From Myxococcales bacterium (GTDB lineage: Bacteria; Myxococcota_A; Polyangia; Polyangiales; Polyangiaceae), in NCBI GenBank assembly GCA_043747615.1, contig JAYTOU010000032.1, positions 53,899-117,898 on the forward strand: 64,000 nt of DNA, written 5' to 3'. Positions within the stretch are counted from its first letter, which is position 1; every line of letters starts with the position of its first letter. The position numbers and the translations under genes were made by a program. Of the stretch, positions 9,071 to 17,954 are shown in pieces. The notes under the pieces were generated by a model. That model had not been told where the DNA came from and did no database searches. It saw only the letters and a list, made by a program, of their open reading frames with translations.

Positions 9071-10213
9071 TCAGGTTGTCGAGAACGCTGGGCGCGCCGT
9101 CCGGGCTTGCGTCGCGTAGATATCGAGCACGACGAAGGTCAGGGCGGGCGCGATGGCGCGCAGCGAGTTCGTCATGAGATGCATCACCGCGTAGCTCAGA
9201 AACGGAATCATGACTGCGTACGGAACTGCAGCCCGAAGAAGGAGTGTCCGACGCTTCGCCCAGCGAACACCGATGGCCACCGCCGCCGCCACCACGAGGG
9301 TCGAGACGAGCGCGTCGACGTAGGCATCTGCGGGCAGCCAGTACTCGCGGCAAGCATCGAAGTAGCCCACGAACGGCGGTCCAAATTCGACGACGTGCGG
9401 AGACTGCCAACCCAACCGCATGCGCACGTAAACCGCCCATCCCCCGCCTGCGAAGGCGGCAGCGAGCACGATCAGCGCTCGATCTCGAACGGTGAGCTCC
9501 CGCGGCGCACCTTGCGGGGGATTTCGCGGCAGAGCCCACGTCGCCGAGAGCGCGGAGATCCCTAAAATGGCGAGAAAGCTCGGCTCCTTCGTCAGCACCG
9601 CACACGCGCCCGCGACGGCTGCCCACCCGATCCGCTTGCGAACGATGGCCAGCATCGCGCAAACGAGAAAGAGGAGCGCGAGCGCGTCCGACATGTCGAA
9701 CACCACACCAAGGAGCACCCCTGGGTTCAGGGCGAACGCGAGCCCCGCGCGCTCTGCAACTCCAAGCTCCTGAGCGAGCCGCGCACACAAGTACCCTCCA
9801 AAAAATACCGCGCCGAGGTTCGTAAGCAGCATTCCGAGGACGAGGGCGCGCTCCCCAAAGAGCCTCCACGGGGCGACGATGAGCGGATAGCCGATCCGCT
9901 GCGCGCGGTAGAGCGGGCGATCGGTGTAAGCCACGAGATCCTCGACGTGCAGGAGAAGCGGATCCCGCGCGAGAATCCAAAAGTAGCGCGCGTCGTGGCC
10001 GTCTTCATTGGGAGTCTGGACGGATCCGAGGATTGAGCGGGCGTGCGCGAGCTCTCTTTTTTGATCATCCGTTCCCAGCCCGTTCTTGGTGCTCCCGAAA
10101 TGAAGAAAGCCGCTTGTATCTCCGCGGAACACGACAAGGTGGCTAGCGCAAACGAGGAGATGAAAGGCGAGCCCCACCAAGGCGACGCGCATAGCTCGCT
10201 GCCGGTCCGACAT
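9071..10213 (-). CDS. polytopic membrane protein, GT-C-like
   Basis: GHDARYFW..ARDP, YRAQRIGYP, SDALA, LTKE motifs; many TM segments; start at 10213 approximate. Confidence 0.65.
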   Translation of the reverse strand: MSDRQRAMRVALVGLAFHLLVCASHLVVFRGDTSGFLHFGSTKNGLGTDDQKRELAHARSILGSVQTPNEDGHDARYFWILARDPLLLHVEDLVAYTDRPLYRAQRIGYPLIVAPWRLFGERALVLGMLLTNLGAVFFGGYLCARLAQELGVAERAGLAFALNPGVLLGVVFDMSDALALLFLVCAMLAIVRKRIGWAAVAGACAVLTKEPSFLAILGISALSATWALPRNPPQGAPRELTVRDRALIVLAAAFAGGGWAVYVRMRLGWQSPHVVEFGPPFVGYFDACREYWLPADAYVDALVSTLVVAAAVAIGVRWAKRRTLLLRAAVPYAVMIPFLSYAVMHLMTNSLRAIAPALTFVVLDIYATQARTARPAFSTT

Positions 10214-10296
10214 TCGCCTCGTTGGTATCACGGGCGAAAGCGACCTCGACGAAAATTCGGGTTTACTCAGGCTGCGGTTGCCGAGAAGATCACTAC

Positions 10297-11820
10297 GTGA
10301 CGGAACGAAGAGCAGGACTCGTCGGCGCATTCTTGTCTCTGAAGATGATTCTCTTTGTCGCCGCGGCCATCACGATCGTGTTCCAGCAGTCCACCGGCTT
10401 CGCCAGCGATCCGGGCGTGGGATGGCACATCCGGACCGGGCAGTGGATCATCGAACAAAAGGCCGTCCCGCTGATCGACCCGTTCCTCGGCGGCCCGGTG
10501 CGCACCTGGGTTTGCGACCAGTGGCTGAGCGATGCGCTGCTTTTTCTTCTTTACCGTGCGGGCTCGTGGCCACTCATCTATCTCTTTCTCGGTGCCACTT
10601 ATTTCTTTACCTACTTCGGTGTCTTGCTTTCGCTCGTCGAACGACGCAGCGGAACGTTTGCCCCCGCCGCATTGAGCGTTTTTTTCGCGATGAAAGTGGG
10701 CTTCATCCACTTCTTGTTGCGACCGACGATCTTCGGCTTTCTCTTCTTCGCTACAGAGCTTTATCTCCTCGAGCCGCTATTCACGTACGGCACATCTAAA
10801 AAGCGCCTTTACTGGCTCCCGTTACTCTTTCTCTTCTGGACGAACATGCATGGCTCGTTCGTGCTTGGCGTCGTCCCCCTCGCGATCGGCGGCGCGCTCT
10901 ATCTGTCGTTCCTAGCTCGCAAGAAGGAGCGCTCGGTCGTTCCCGTTGCCCTTTGCGCGCTTTCGCTCCTCGCTACCTTTGCCAACCCAAACGGCGCCGG
11001 ACTTCACCGCAGTATCGTCGCGCTGGGGGGCAGCAAGTGGCTGATGCAATTTCATCAGGAGTGGCTGCCGATCGAGCTCGCGTCTGTCGAAGGTGTGCTC
11101 TTTCTCGCCATCTCCGCCTTCGCAGTCGTCGGAGTGTGGGATGCCATTCGTACGAGCGAACGTGGCTTCAAAGCCAGCCTCGAGAACTGGCTGCCCGACG
11201 CCCTGCTCTCGGCAATATTCGCTTTCTGTGCCCTTCGCAGCGTCAGAATGGTTCCGTACTTCGGTATTGCATCCGCAGTCCTTGCCGCTCGCGGCGCTCA
11301 CGCCCTGCCTTCGACGCGGGTCTTCCGGGCGCTCTTTCCGTCGGGGATCCTGCTGCGCCTCACGACGTGGATGAACGAGCGCGAGGGTCGCGTGGCCATG
11401 CCGGGGGCGCAGCTCCTGACAGGCATCGTGATTCTCTTTGCTCTTGCGGGGTATTTCATGAGCGCGCATCCGCTCGAACCGCCGCGTGCCGTGTATCCCT
11501 ACGACGCCACCGCGTTCATCGAGACGCTTCCGCCGGGCGACATCCTCGCTGGCCCCGACGTGGGCGGGTTTCTGACCCTCAGATTGTGGCCCAGAAATCG
11601 CCCTCTGATGGACGACCGAAATACGCTTCTAGGAGAGGCTTTCTACAAAAAGTACTTCCTCGCGCGAGAGACTCCGGAAGGATTCATCGAGTTCGGGAAG
11701 AGTTTGAACGCCAAGTACATCCTACTTTCCCCGTCTTCGAAGTTGAGTTCGATGATGGCCGGGGCCGGCTGCGAGAGGCTCTACGGCGACGAGCACGCTG
11801 TTCTGTGCCGCGTCAACTGA
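10297..11820 (+). CDS. polytopic membrane protein, GT-C-like, distant paralog of 7489..9045
   Basis: DPGVGWHIRTG, W.CDQWL, RP..F, WTNMHGSF, EWLP, DDRN in the same order as in 7489..9045; GTG start 10297 inferred. Confidence 0.7.
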   Translation: MTERRAGLVGAFLSLKMILFVAAAITIVFQQSTGFASDPGVGWHIRTGQWIIEQKAVPLIDPFLGGPVRTWVCDQWLSDALLFLLYRAGSWPLIYLFLGATYFFTYFGVLLSLVERRSGTFAPAALSVFFAMKVGFIHFLLRPTIFGFLFFATELYLLEPLFTYGTSKKRLYWLPLLFLFWTNMHGSFVLGVVPLAIGGALYLSFLARKKERSVVPVALCALSLLATFANPNGAGLHRSIVALGGSKWLMQFHQEWLPIELASVEGVLFLAISAFAVVGVWDAIRTSERGFKASLENWLPDALLSAIFAFCALRSVRMVPYFGIASAVLAARGAHALPSTRVFRALFPSGILLRLTTWMNEREGRVAMPGAQLLTGIVILFALAGYFMSAHPLEPPRAVYPYDATAFIETLPPGDILAGPDVGGFLTLRLWPRNRPLMDDRNTLLGEAFYKKYFLARETPEGFIEFGKSLNAKYILLSPSSKLSSMMAGAGCERLYGDEHAVLCRVN

Positions 11821-11856
11821 GTTGCGTGCAAGGCTGGTCCATGGGAAAAAGGTGCC

Positions 11857-13245
11857 ATGTCGATCGCGCTGAACGTACTTACGTTTCCCGAGCCCATTGT
11901 CGCCAAGAAGGCGCCCGTCGAGCCGGAAACGCTCACCTATAAGACGCTCCTCGACGGACCGTTCTGGCAGAAGCTTCCCACCTACCGAGACGTGAGCGAG
12001 GCGCAGTTTCTCGATCACAATTGGCAATCGAAGAACTCGATTACCAGCGTCGCGAAGCTTCTGAAGACCGTGGAAGGGCTCGTCTCCCCGGCCTTCATCG
12101 CCGACGCCGAGCAAGGCTTCAAGCACGCGCCCATGAGCGTTCGGGTCAGCCCCTATCTTCTGTCGCTCATCGACTGGTCGGACCCTTACAACGACCCGCT
12201 GCGCATCCAGTTCATCCCGGTCGGCTCGCGCCTTCTGCCCGATCATCCCAAACTCAATCTGGATTCTCTTCACGAGCAAGAAGACGCTCCCGTCCCCGGC
12301 CTGACCCACCGCTACGCGGACAAGGCGCTTTTTCTGCCTCTCGCCACGTGCCCCGTGTACTGCCGCTTTTGCACGCGGAGCTACGCGGTCGGAATCGACA
12401 CCGAAGAGGTCGAGAAGGTCAGCATCAAGGTCAACGACGAGCGATGGAAACGAGCGTACGCGTACATTGCGTCGCGCCCCGAGCTCGAAGACATCGTCAT
12501 CTCCGGCGGTGACGCCTACAATTTGCGCGCGCAGCAGATCACCGAAATCGGTGAGGCCCTTCTGGCCATGCCGAACATCCGCCGTATGCGCTTCGCCACC
12601 AAGGGCCCGGCGGTCATGCCGCAAAAGGTGCTTACCGACGACGCCTGGACGGACGCCCTCACCGCTATCGTCGAGAAGGGCCGCAAGCTTCACAAAGAGG
12701 TCGTGCTCCACACTCACTTCAATCACCCGCGCGAGATCACCGCCATCACCGGCCGCGCGATGAACAAGCTCTTCGAGCGCGGAATCACGGTGCGAAACCA
12801 GAGCGTGCTCCAGCGCCGCGTAAACGACACGCCCGAGGTCATGACAATGCTCGTAAAGCGCCTCGGGCACGTGAACGTGCATCCGTATTACGTCTACGTT
12901 CACGATCTCGTGAAGGGGGTCGAAGATCTCCGCACCACGCTCGACACCGCGCTCCTCATCGAAAAGAACGTGCGCGGCAGCACTGCCGGATTCAACACGC
13001 CCACCTTCGTCGTCGACGCACCGGGGGGCGGCGGAAAGCGTAACGCCCACTCGTACGAGTACTACGATCGCGACACGGGAATCAGCGTGTACACAGCGCC
13101 TTCAGTGAAGCCAGGCGAGTATTTCGTTTACTACGATCCGCTCGATCAGCTCAGCGAAACGATGCGCCGCCGCTGGGCCGATCCCGCCGATCAAGAAATC
13201 ATGGTCAACGCTGCACTCGCCCGGGCAAAAGAGCACGCTCGCTAA
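11857..13245 (+). CDS. kamA: KamA-family radical SAM protein (lysine 2,3-aminomutase-like)
   Basis: GLTHRY.DK, CPVYCRFCTR, SGGD, HFNHP.E, NQSVL...VND, PYY, DAPGGGGK. Confidence 0.92.
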   Translation: MSIALNVLTFPEPIVAKKAPVEPETLTYKTLLDGPFWQKLPTYRDVSEAQFLDHNWQSKNSITSVAKLLKTVEGLVSPAFIADAEQGFKHAPMSVRVSPYLLSLIDWSDPYNDPLRIQFIPVGSRLLPDHPKLNLDSLHEQEDAPVPGLTHRYADKALFLPLATCPVYCRFCTRSYAVGIDTEEVEKVSIKVNDERWKRAYAYIASRPELEDIVISGGDAYNLRAQQITEIGEALLAMPNIRRMRFATKGPAVMPQKVLTDDAWTDALTAIVEKGRKLHKEVVLHTHFNHPREITAITGRAMNKLFERGITVRNQSVLQRRVNDTPEVMTMLVKRLGHVNVHPYYVYVHDLVKGVEDLRTTLDTALLIEKNVRGSTAGFNTPTFVVDAPGGGGKRNAHSYEYYDRDTGISVYTAPSVKPGEYFVYYDPLDQLSETMRRRWADPADQEIMVNAALARAKEHAR

Positions 13246-13258
13246 TTCGAAATCGAAG

Positions 13259-14488
13259 ATGAAGCTCCGCGGGCTCGCGATCTTCACCGAAACCCGCAAG
13301 CTCGCTGCGATGGCAGCCTTGCTCATGTGGGGCCTGTGGCTGCTGGATGTCGCGGTCGGGGCCTTCCTCCACCGGCCCGAGAAGACCGACGCGGCAGGTC
13401 TGATCGTCGGCGCCGACTTCGTTCAATTCTATGCTGCAGGAAAGACCCTCCTCGCAGGCAAGAGCGACACGCTTTACCAGCGAAGTGTTCAAAGGGAGCT
13501 GCAGCACGAAATCACGCAAACCCATCTAGATGGGCTGCTCAACTTCAATCAGCCGCCGTTCGTAGCCATTCCGTTCGTCGCGTTCGCACTCATTCCGTAT
13601 CTTGCCGCCTTTGCCATTTACACGGTGGCGAATCTCGCGCTCTTGCGCTCCTGCTTGCGGCTCCTGGGAGAGCCATCGGGTGCCACGTTGCTCGTCGTCT
13701 TGAGCTGGTTTCCGGTCCTCTGCGTCGGCAGCTATGGGCACTACACCTTTTTGACGATGTTGCTGGTGTCGGGCACATACGTGCTTTGGAGGCGTGGGTA
13801 TTTTTTCTCCGCCGGCCTCCTCTTTAGTCTGACTGCCTACAAGCCTAATCTCATGCTTGGGGTCTCGGTTCTTTTTTTATTGGACTGGAGGCGGGCGTAT
13901 CGAGCGCTCTTCGGTTTGGGCCTCGGCGTAAGCGGTCTCGTCCTGCTCTGCGTCATCGCCTTGCCCGAAGCGAGTCGCTCATATGTCCAAACGCTCACGC
14001 ACGATTTCGCTGCGCTCCAAGCGGGCTCGGATTCTCTCTTCGTGAAAGAGCACACCATTTACGTGTTCTGGAACGCGCTTCTCGGCGGGCACACCGGCGT
14101 GGTGAAGGTCGTTACCTTGCTCTCGCAAGCCGCTGCGGTGGGGGCGTTCGTGCTTCTTTGGCGGCGCAAGCCCAGGCCCGAGGTGGCCTTCGCGTTTTCA
14201 CTAATACTGGCCTTTTGGCTCACGCCGTACGTCATTATCTACGATCTGAGCCTACTGGCTATTTCCGCAATTCTCTTGTGGAATGCGAACACCGAGCTTC
14301 GACCCGCTCTGAAAGACTATTACCTGCTATTTTGGTTTGCCCCATTCCTTTCTTTGACGCTGCTAGTGCCGATTCAAGCCAGGTATCTCCCCATCGTGGT
14401 TCACGTCGGCGAGCTTTCCTTCATCGTGGTGAGCATCCTCGCCTGGCGGAAGGTGATGCGAACGCTGGGCTGCTTTTCTTCTCCTTAG
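13259..14488 (+). CDS. GT87/DUF2029-like membrane glycosyltransferase
   Basis: GADFVQFYAAG, NQPPF, YKP, YDL motifs; polytopic. Confidence 0.8.
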   Translation: MKLRGLAIFTETRKLAAMAALLMWGLWLLDVAVGAFLHRPEKTDAAGLIVGADFVQFYAAGKTLLAGKSDTLYQRSVQRELQHEITQTHLDGLLNFNQPPFVAIPFVAFALIPYLAAFAIYTVANLALLRSCLRLLGEPSGATLLVVLSWFPVLCVGSYGHYTFLTMLLVSGTYVLWRRGYFFSAGLLFSLTAYKPNLMLGVSVLFLLDWRRAYRALFGLGLGVSGLVLLCVIALPEASRSYVQTLTHDFAALQAGSDSLFVKEHTIYVFWNALLGGHTGVVKVVTLLSQAAAVGAFVLLWRRKPRPEVAFAFSLILAFWLTPYVIIYDLSLLAISAILLWNANTELRPALKDYYLLFWFAPFLSLTLLVPIQARYLPIVVHVGELSFIVVSILAWRKVMRTLGCFSSP

Positions 14489-14670
14489 TGGCGCTTCCAC
14501 GGTCAACCCCGCTACGATCTCGATGTGGGCCCTTGACACCCAACGCGCACGTTGTCCGAGAAACCCCGGAGAATAGGCGCGATTGTTGAAGATCCCGCGT
14601 TGACACCCTCACGAATTTTTCGCAAGGTCGAATGGAGTCGCGGGACGTAGTAAGGCGATCGAGGCAAAGA

Positions 14671-15348
14671 ATGACGCTCCTGACGAAAACGTTGCTCGGT
14701 CTATCCATCGTTACCTGCAGCGCCGTCGCGGGCTGCCAGGGACCGCCGCCCGAAGGCCCGGCGCCGTTCGAGATCGTGATGAAGGTGGAGAGCGACCCCG
14801 GTTTTCCCATCCCTGGGGCGGCGATCGTCCGCGGGGGAAAAGACATCATCGCCACCGGGCTCGATGGACGAGCAATGCTCACCCTGTCCGGCAAAGAAGG
14901 CGACGCGTACGAATTCACCGTGCGATGCCCGGCGGACTTCACCTCGCCCTCGAAGACCGTGTCCGTCTACCTTCACCGTCTCTCCGACAAGACGAAGGTC
15001 CCGGAGTACAACGCGCTCTGCCCGCCGACGACCCGCAAGCTCGTGGTGTCGATTCGGGCGGAAAACGGCCCGAATTTGCCCGTCCTTTACCTCGGAAAGC
15101 CGGTCGCCCGCACCGACTCTTCTGGCGTCGCGCACATCCTTCTCACCATGAAGCCTGGCGATCAGTTCGAGCTCCAGCTGGACACCAGCGAGAAGGGCAA
15201 CGAGCGCCTTCGCCCCAAGATGCCCACGGGAACGTTCGCCATGCGCCAGCGGGACGACCTCCAATCTTTCGATCAGAAGTTCTTCCTCGAGAAGATTCCA
15301 GTCGTCTATCACGCAGGCCCCGCCCGTCCGCACAAAATCGGCGAATAG
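14671..15348 (+). CDS. lipoprotein of unknown function (paralog 1)
   Basis: Lipobox VAGC; beta-rich domains; long blocks identical to the next gene. Confidence 0.8.
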   Translation: MTLLTKTLLGLSIVTCSAVAGCQGPPPEGPAPFEIVMKVESDPGFPIPGAAIVRGGKDIIATGLDGRAMLTLSGKEGDAYEFTVRCPADFTSPSKTVSVYLHRLSDKTKVPEYNALCPPTTRKLVVSIRAENGPNLPVLYLGKPVARTDSSGVAHILLTMKPGDQFELQLDTSEKGNERLRPKMPTGTFAMRQRDDLQSFDQKFFLEKIPVVYHAGPARPHKIGE

Positions 15349-15350
15349 CG

Positions 15351-16037
15351 ATGCGCGCGTCAAGCTACGTCACGGCAGGCATTTCCGTGCCGATCATGAT
15401 CGGCTGCAACATGTTCGCGGCGGTCACGGACGCGCAGCCCTTCGACATCCTCATCAAGGTGGAGAGCGATCCGGGAACCCCGGTGGGCGGCGCCAGCGTC
15501 AGCCACAGCGGAAAAGTGGTCTCATCGACTGGGCTCGACGGCAAAGCAAAGCTCTCGCTTCCCGGAAAAGAGGGGGACGAGCTCGATTTCAACGTCGAGT
15601 GCCCGGCGGACTTCCTTTCACCGACCAAGCCCGTCAACGTTTACCTCCACCGGATGGCCGACAAGACGAAGCTCGCGGAGTACAGCGCCGTTTGCCCGCC
15701 CTCGACTCGAAAGCTCGTCGTCTCGGTGAGGGCGGAGAATGGTCCGAACCTGCCTGTCCTCTACTTGGGCAAGCCGGTCGCGCGAACGGATGCTTCGGGC
15801 ACGGCCCACATCCTCCTCAAGATGAGGCCTGGGGACCAATTCGAGCTTCAGTTCGACACGAGCGAAAAGGGGAACGAGCTTCTGCGCCCGAAAATGCCGA
15901 CTGGCACCTTCGCGATGCGGGAACATGACGATCTTCAGTCCTTCGACCAGAAGTTCTTCCTGGAGAAGCAGAAGACCGTCTTCCATGCAGGGCCGAGGCG
16001 CGCGGTCAACATCGGGGCGGGGGACCCCGAGGACTGA
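15351..16037 (+). CDS. lipoprotein of unknown function (paralog 2)
   Basis: ATG 2 nt after the upstream stop; IMIGC; shares KVESDPG, CPADF.SP, RAENGPNLPVLYLGKPVARTD, DDLQSFDQKFFLEK with paralog 1. Confidence 0.8.
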   Translation: MRASSYVTAGISVPIMIGCNMFAAVTDAQPFDILIKVESDPGTPVGGASVSHSGKVVSSTGLDGKAKLSLPGKEGDELDFNVECPADFLSPTKPVNVYLHRMADKTKLAEYSAVCPPSTRKLVVSVRAENGPNLPVLYLGKPVARTDASGTAHILLKMRPGDQFELQFDTSEKGNELLRPKMPTGTFAMREHDDLQSFDQKFFLEKQKTVFHAGPRRAVNIGAGDPED

Positions 16038-16246
16038 GGCCTTTCCATGCACCGCTCGATCGCTCCCCACACGTAGAGAACGCTCCCATTGGATCAACTG
16101 TCCATGGGGGGATGGATGAAAGGGGATCCGCCCCGACCAGATTCAAGCCACACTAGATTCTTTCACTCCCACAAGAATTGCTTAGAATCCTCGAAGAATC
16201 CGCAGTTCGTGAAATTCGGGAGTACCGTCAGGAAAGAAAATAAAGC

Positions 16247-16261
16247 TGGCACGAGACGTGT
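16247..16261 (+). promoter_or_regulatory. possible sigma-54 promoter for the pilin operon (imperfect -12)
   Basis: TGGCACGAGACGTGT: perfect -24 box, GT instead of GC at -12; A-rich tract upstream; 41 nt before the pilin ATG. Confidence 0.35.
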
Positions 16262-16302
16262 ATGCAATAGAAGTGTTCGTTGGACACGGAAGGGTGGATA
16301 CG

Positions 16303-16479
16303 ATGCCGGGAGAGAAGAGCAAACTAGGGCGAGACAAGCGGGGCGCGGTCGCCGTCGAGTACGCAATGATCCTCGTGATGTTCGTTATCCCCAGCACCGC
16401 CGCCATCTCCTACGAAGGGCGTCTCGTTTACAGCCAGTACAAGGAAGCAAAAGGGATGATCCTGCTGCCTGTTCCCTAA
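16303..16479 (+). CDS. flp: Flp-family type IVc prepilin
   Basis: MPGEKSKLGRDKRG|AVAVEYAMIL...: G|xxxxEY prepilin motif followed by a hydrophobic helix; 58 aa. Confidence 0.8.
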   Translation: MPGEKSKLGRDKRGAVAVEYAMILVMFVIPSTAAISYEGRLVYSQYKEAKGMILLPVP

Positions 16480-16576
16480 GCTCGACAACACTTTTATCTC
16501 TTCTGGAGATTTTGATAGCGAATTGAGGTGGTCTGTTCTCAACCCGGAAACCGCAAATAACCAAGAGAACACGGCC

Positions 16577-16760
16577 ATGAAGACCAACCTCGAGACGATC
16601 GCCGCAAAGAACTCGTTCAGGAAATTGTTAAAACTGAGCGGGGCGCGACATCCGTCGAGTACGCTCTTTTTCTCGTCGCTATTTTGGTCGCCGGAGTAGC
16701 GGCCTTCAAGACGCTCGGGTCGAGGACCAACACGCAGGTCCGTGGAGCGAGAGGATCTAA
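16577..16760 (+). pseudogene. flp: second Flp pilin, frameshifted as sequenced
   Basis: ATG 16577 frame stops after 40 codons; TERG|ATSVEYALFLVAILVAGVAAF lies in the -1 frame from the A4 run at 16630-16633 and has no upstream ATG. Confidence 0.7.
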
Positions 16761-16779
16761 CAAACCAAAGGCAGACTCG

Positions 16780-17328
16780 ATGCATCCGTTTCTTGTTGCA
16801 GCGGTAATCCTCGCAGGCGTCGCCGCCTGGACTGATTGGCGAACGGGTGAGATTCCGAATTGGTTGACGTTCGGAACAATGGCACTTGCGCCCATTGCTC
16901 ACGTGGCAAAGGCAGTAGCGATTACCCACTTGCCAGTTCGTACGGCCTTCATAGCAGGCGCATATTCGGTGGGTGGCCTGTTGCTTTGTGGACTAATTCC
17001 GCTGCTTCTTTATTCGCGTGGTGGCATCGGCGGGGGAGACGTAAAGCTCTTTGCCGCCATAGGCGCCCTTTGCATGACGATGTTTGGGGTCGAAGCCGAG
17101 ATGTATGGCTTCTTCGTTGCGGCGCTCATCGCTCCGGCCCGGTTGGCGTACGAGGGTAAGTTGTTAAGCACGATTAAGAATGCGGCCATCCTGATGGTGA
17201 ATCCGTTTCTCCCCGCGACCAAGAAGTTCCAGGTTCAGCAAGAGATGATGACGTGGTTCCGGATGGGACCAGCGATTTTTCTTGGCGTACTGGTAATGAC
17301 AATTACGGAGTGGAGATCGTCACCATGA
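16780..17328 (+). CDS. cpaA: A24 prepilin peptidase (CpaA/TadV)
   Basis: Catalytic Asp motifs AAWTDWRTGEIPN and GGGDVKL; AAAGG upstream of ATG 16780. Confidence 0.9.
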   Translation: MHPFLVAAVILAGVAAWTDWRTGEIPNWLTFGTMALAPIAHVAKAVAITHLPVRTAFIAGAYSVGGLLLCGLIPLLLYSRGGIGGGDVKLFAAIGALCMTMFGVEAEMYGFFVAALIAPARLAYEGKLLSTIKNAAILMVNPFLPATKKFQVQQEMMTWFRMGPAIFLGVLVMTITEWRSSP

Positions 17329-17888
17329 AAACCACGACTGAGAACCTCCGTAACGATTTGAGCGGTGCCGTTGCCGTCGAATTCACGGTCGCCGTGATGC
17401 CGCTATTTTTCATCTTTTTCGGCTTCTGGCAGCTTTTCGCCCTGTACACGGCGGACCTAGCCGTGCGGCACGGCGCGAACGCTGTCGTCCGTGCGGCCGT
17501 CGTGATCAAACAGCCCGACAATCCCGGTACGTTCGTCGGCGGCGATAGCACCAGCGCTCTAATGCCGCCGTTCGGGCTCTTTGGTGCATTCGGCATAGCG
17601 ACCCGACCCTGGTCGTTGAACCCCTTCCTCGCCGGGAATGCGCCGTCGCTCTTCCTCAGGACCGTGACGATTGACTTTCCCGACGGACCCCCGGGCGACG
17701 ATTTCAACTCGAACTACAACACCACCCACGTGACGGTCGAAGCGGTCTACGTGTGCACCGTCCCGCTCGGAAAGCGGCTGGCGTGCGGCGGCTTATTCGG
17801 TCTCGGAAACGCGCTGGGCTTGAACATCGTGCTGATCACGCGAGAGGCTTCTCTTGCCCATCAGGGCGCCCGCTACAAGTTACCGTAA
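17325..17888 (+). CDS. TadE-like pseudopilin
   Basis: NDLSG|AVAVEF followed by a hydrophobic helix; ATGA overlap with the peptidase stop. Confidence 0.85.
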   Translation: MKTTTENLRNDLSGAVAVEFTVAVMPLFFIFFGFWQLFALYTADLAVRHGANAVVRAAVVIKQPDNPGTFVGGDSTSALMPPFGLFGAFGIATRPWSLNPFLAGNAPSLFLRTVTIDFPDGPPGDDFNSNYNTTHVTVEAVYVCTVPLGKRLACGGLFGLGNALGLNIVLITREASLAHQGARYKLP

Positions 17889-17954
17889 GCTGCTTTGTTG
17901 GGTCGTTTTATCGGATTCGTGGAACGCAATCGCAGAATCGTATTGGAGGATGGA

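Noticed and set aside
14925..15350. 370-aa version of the second lipoprotein
   Set aside because: The upstream part overlaps paralog 1 out of frame; paralogy supports ATG 15351
16040..16300. c-di-GMP or other riboswitch ahead of the pilins
   Set aside because: Could not identify the consensus by eye; an Rfam scan would be needed
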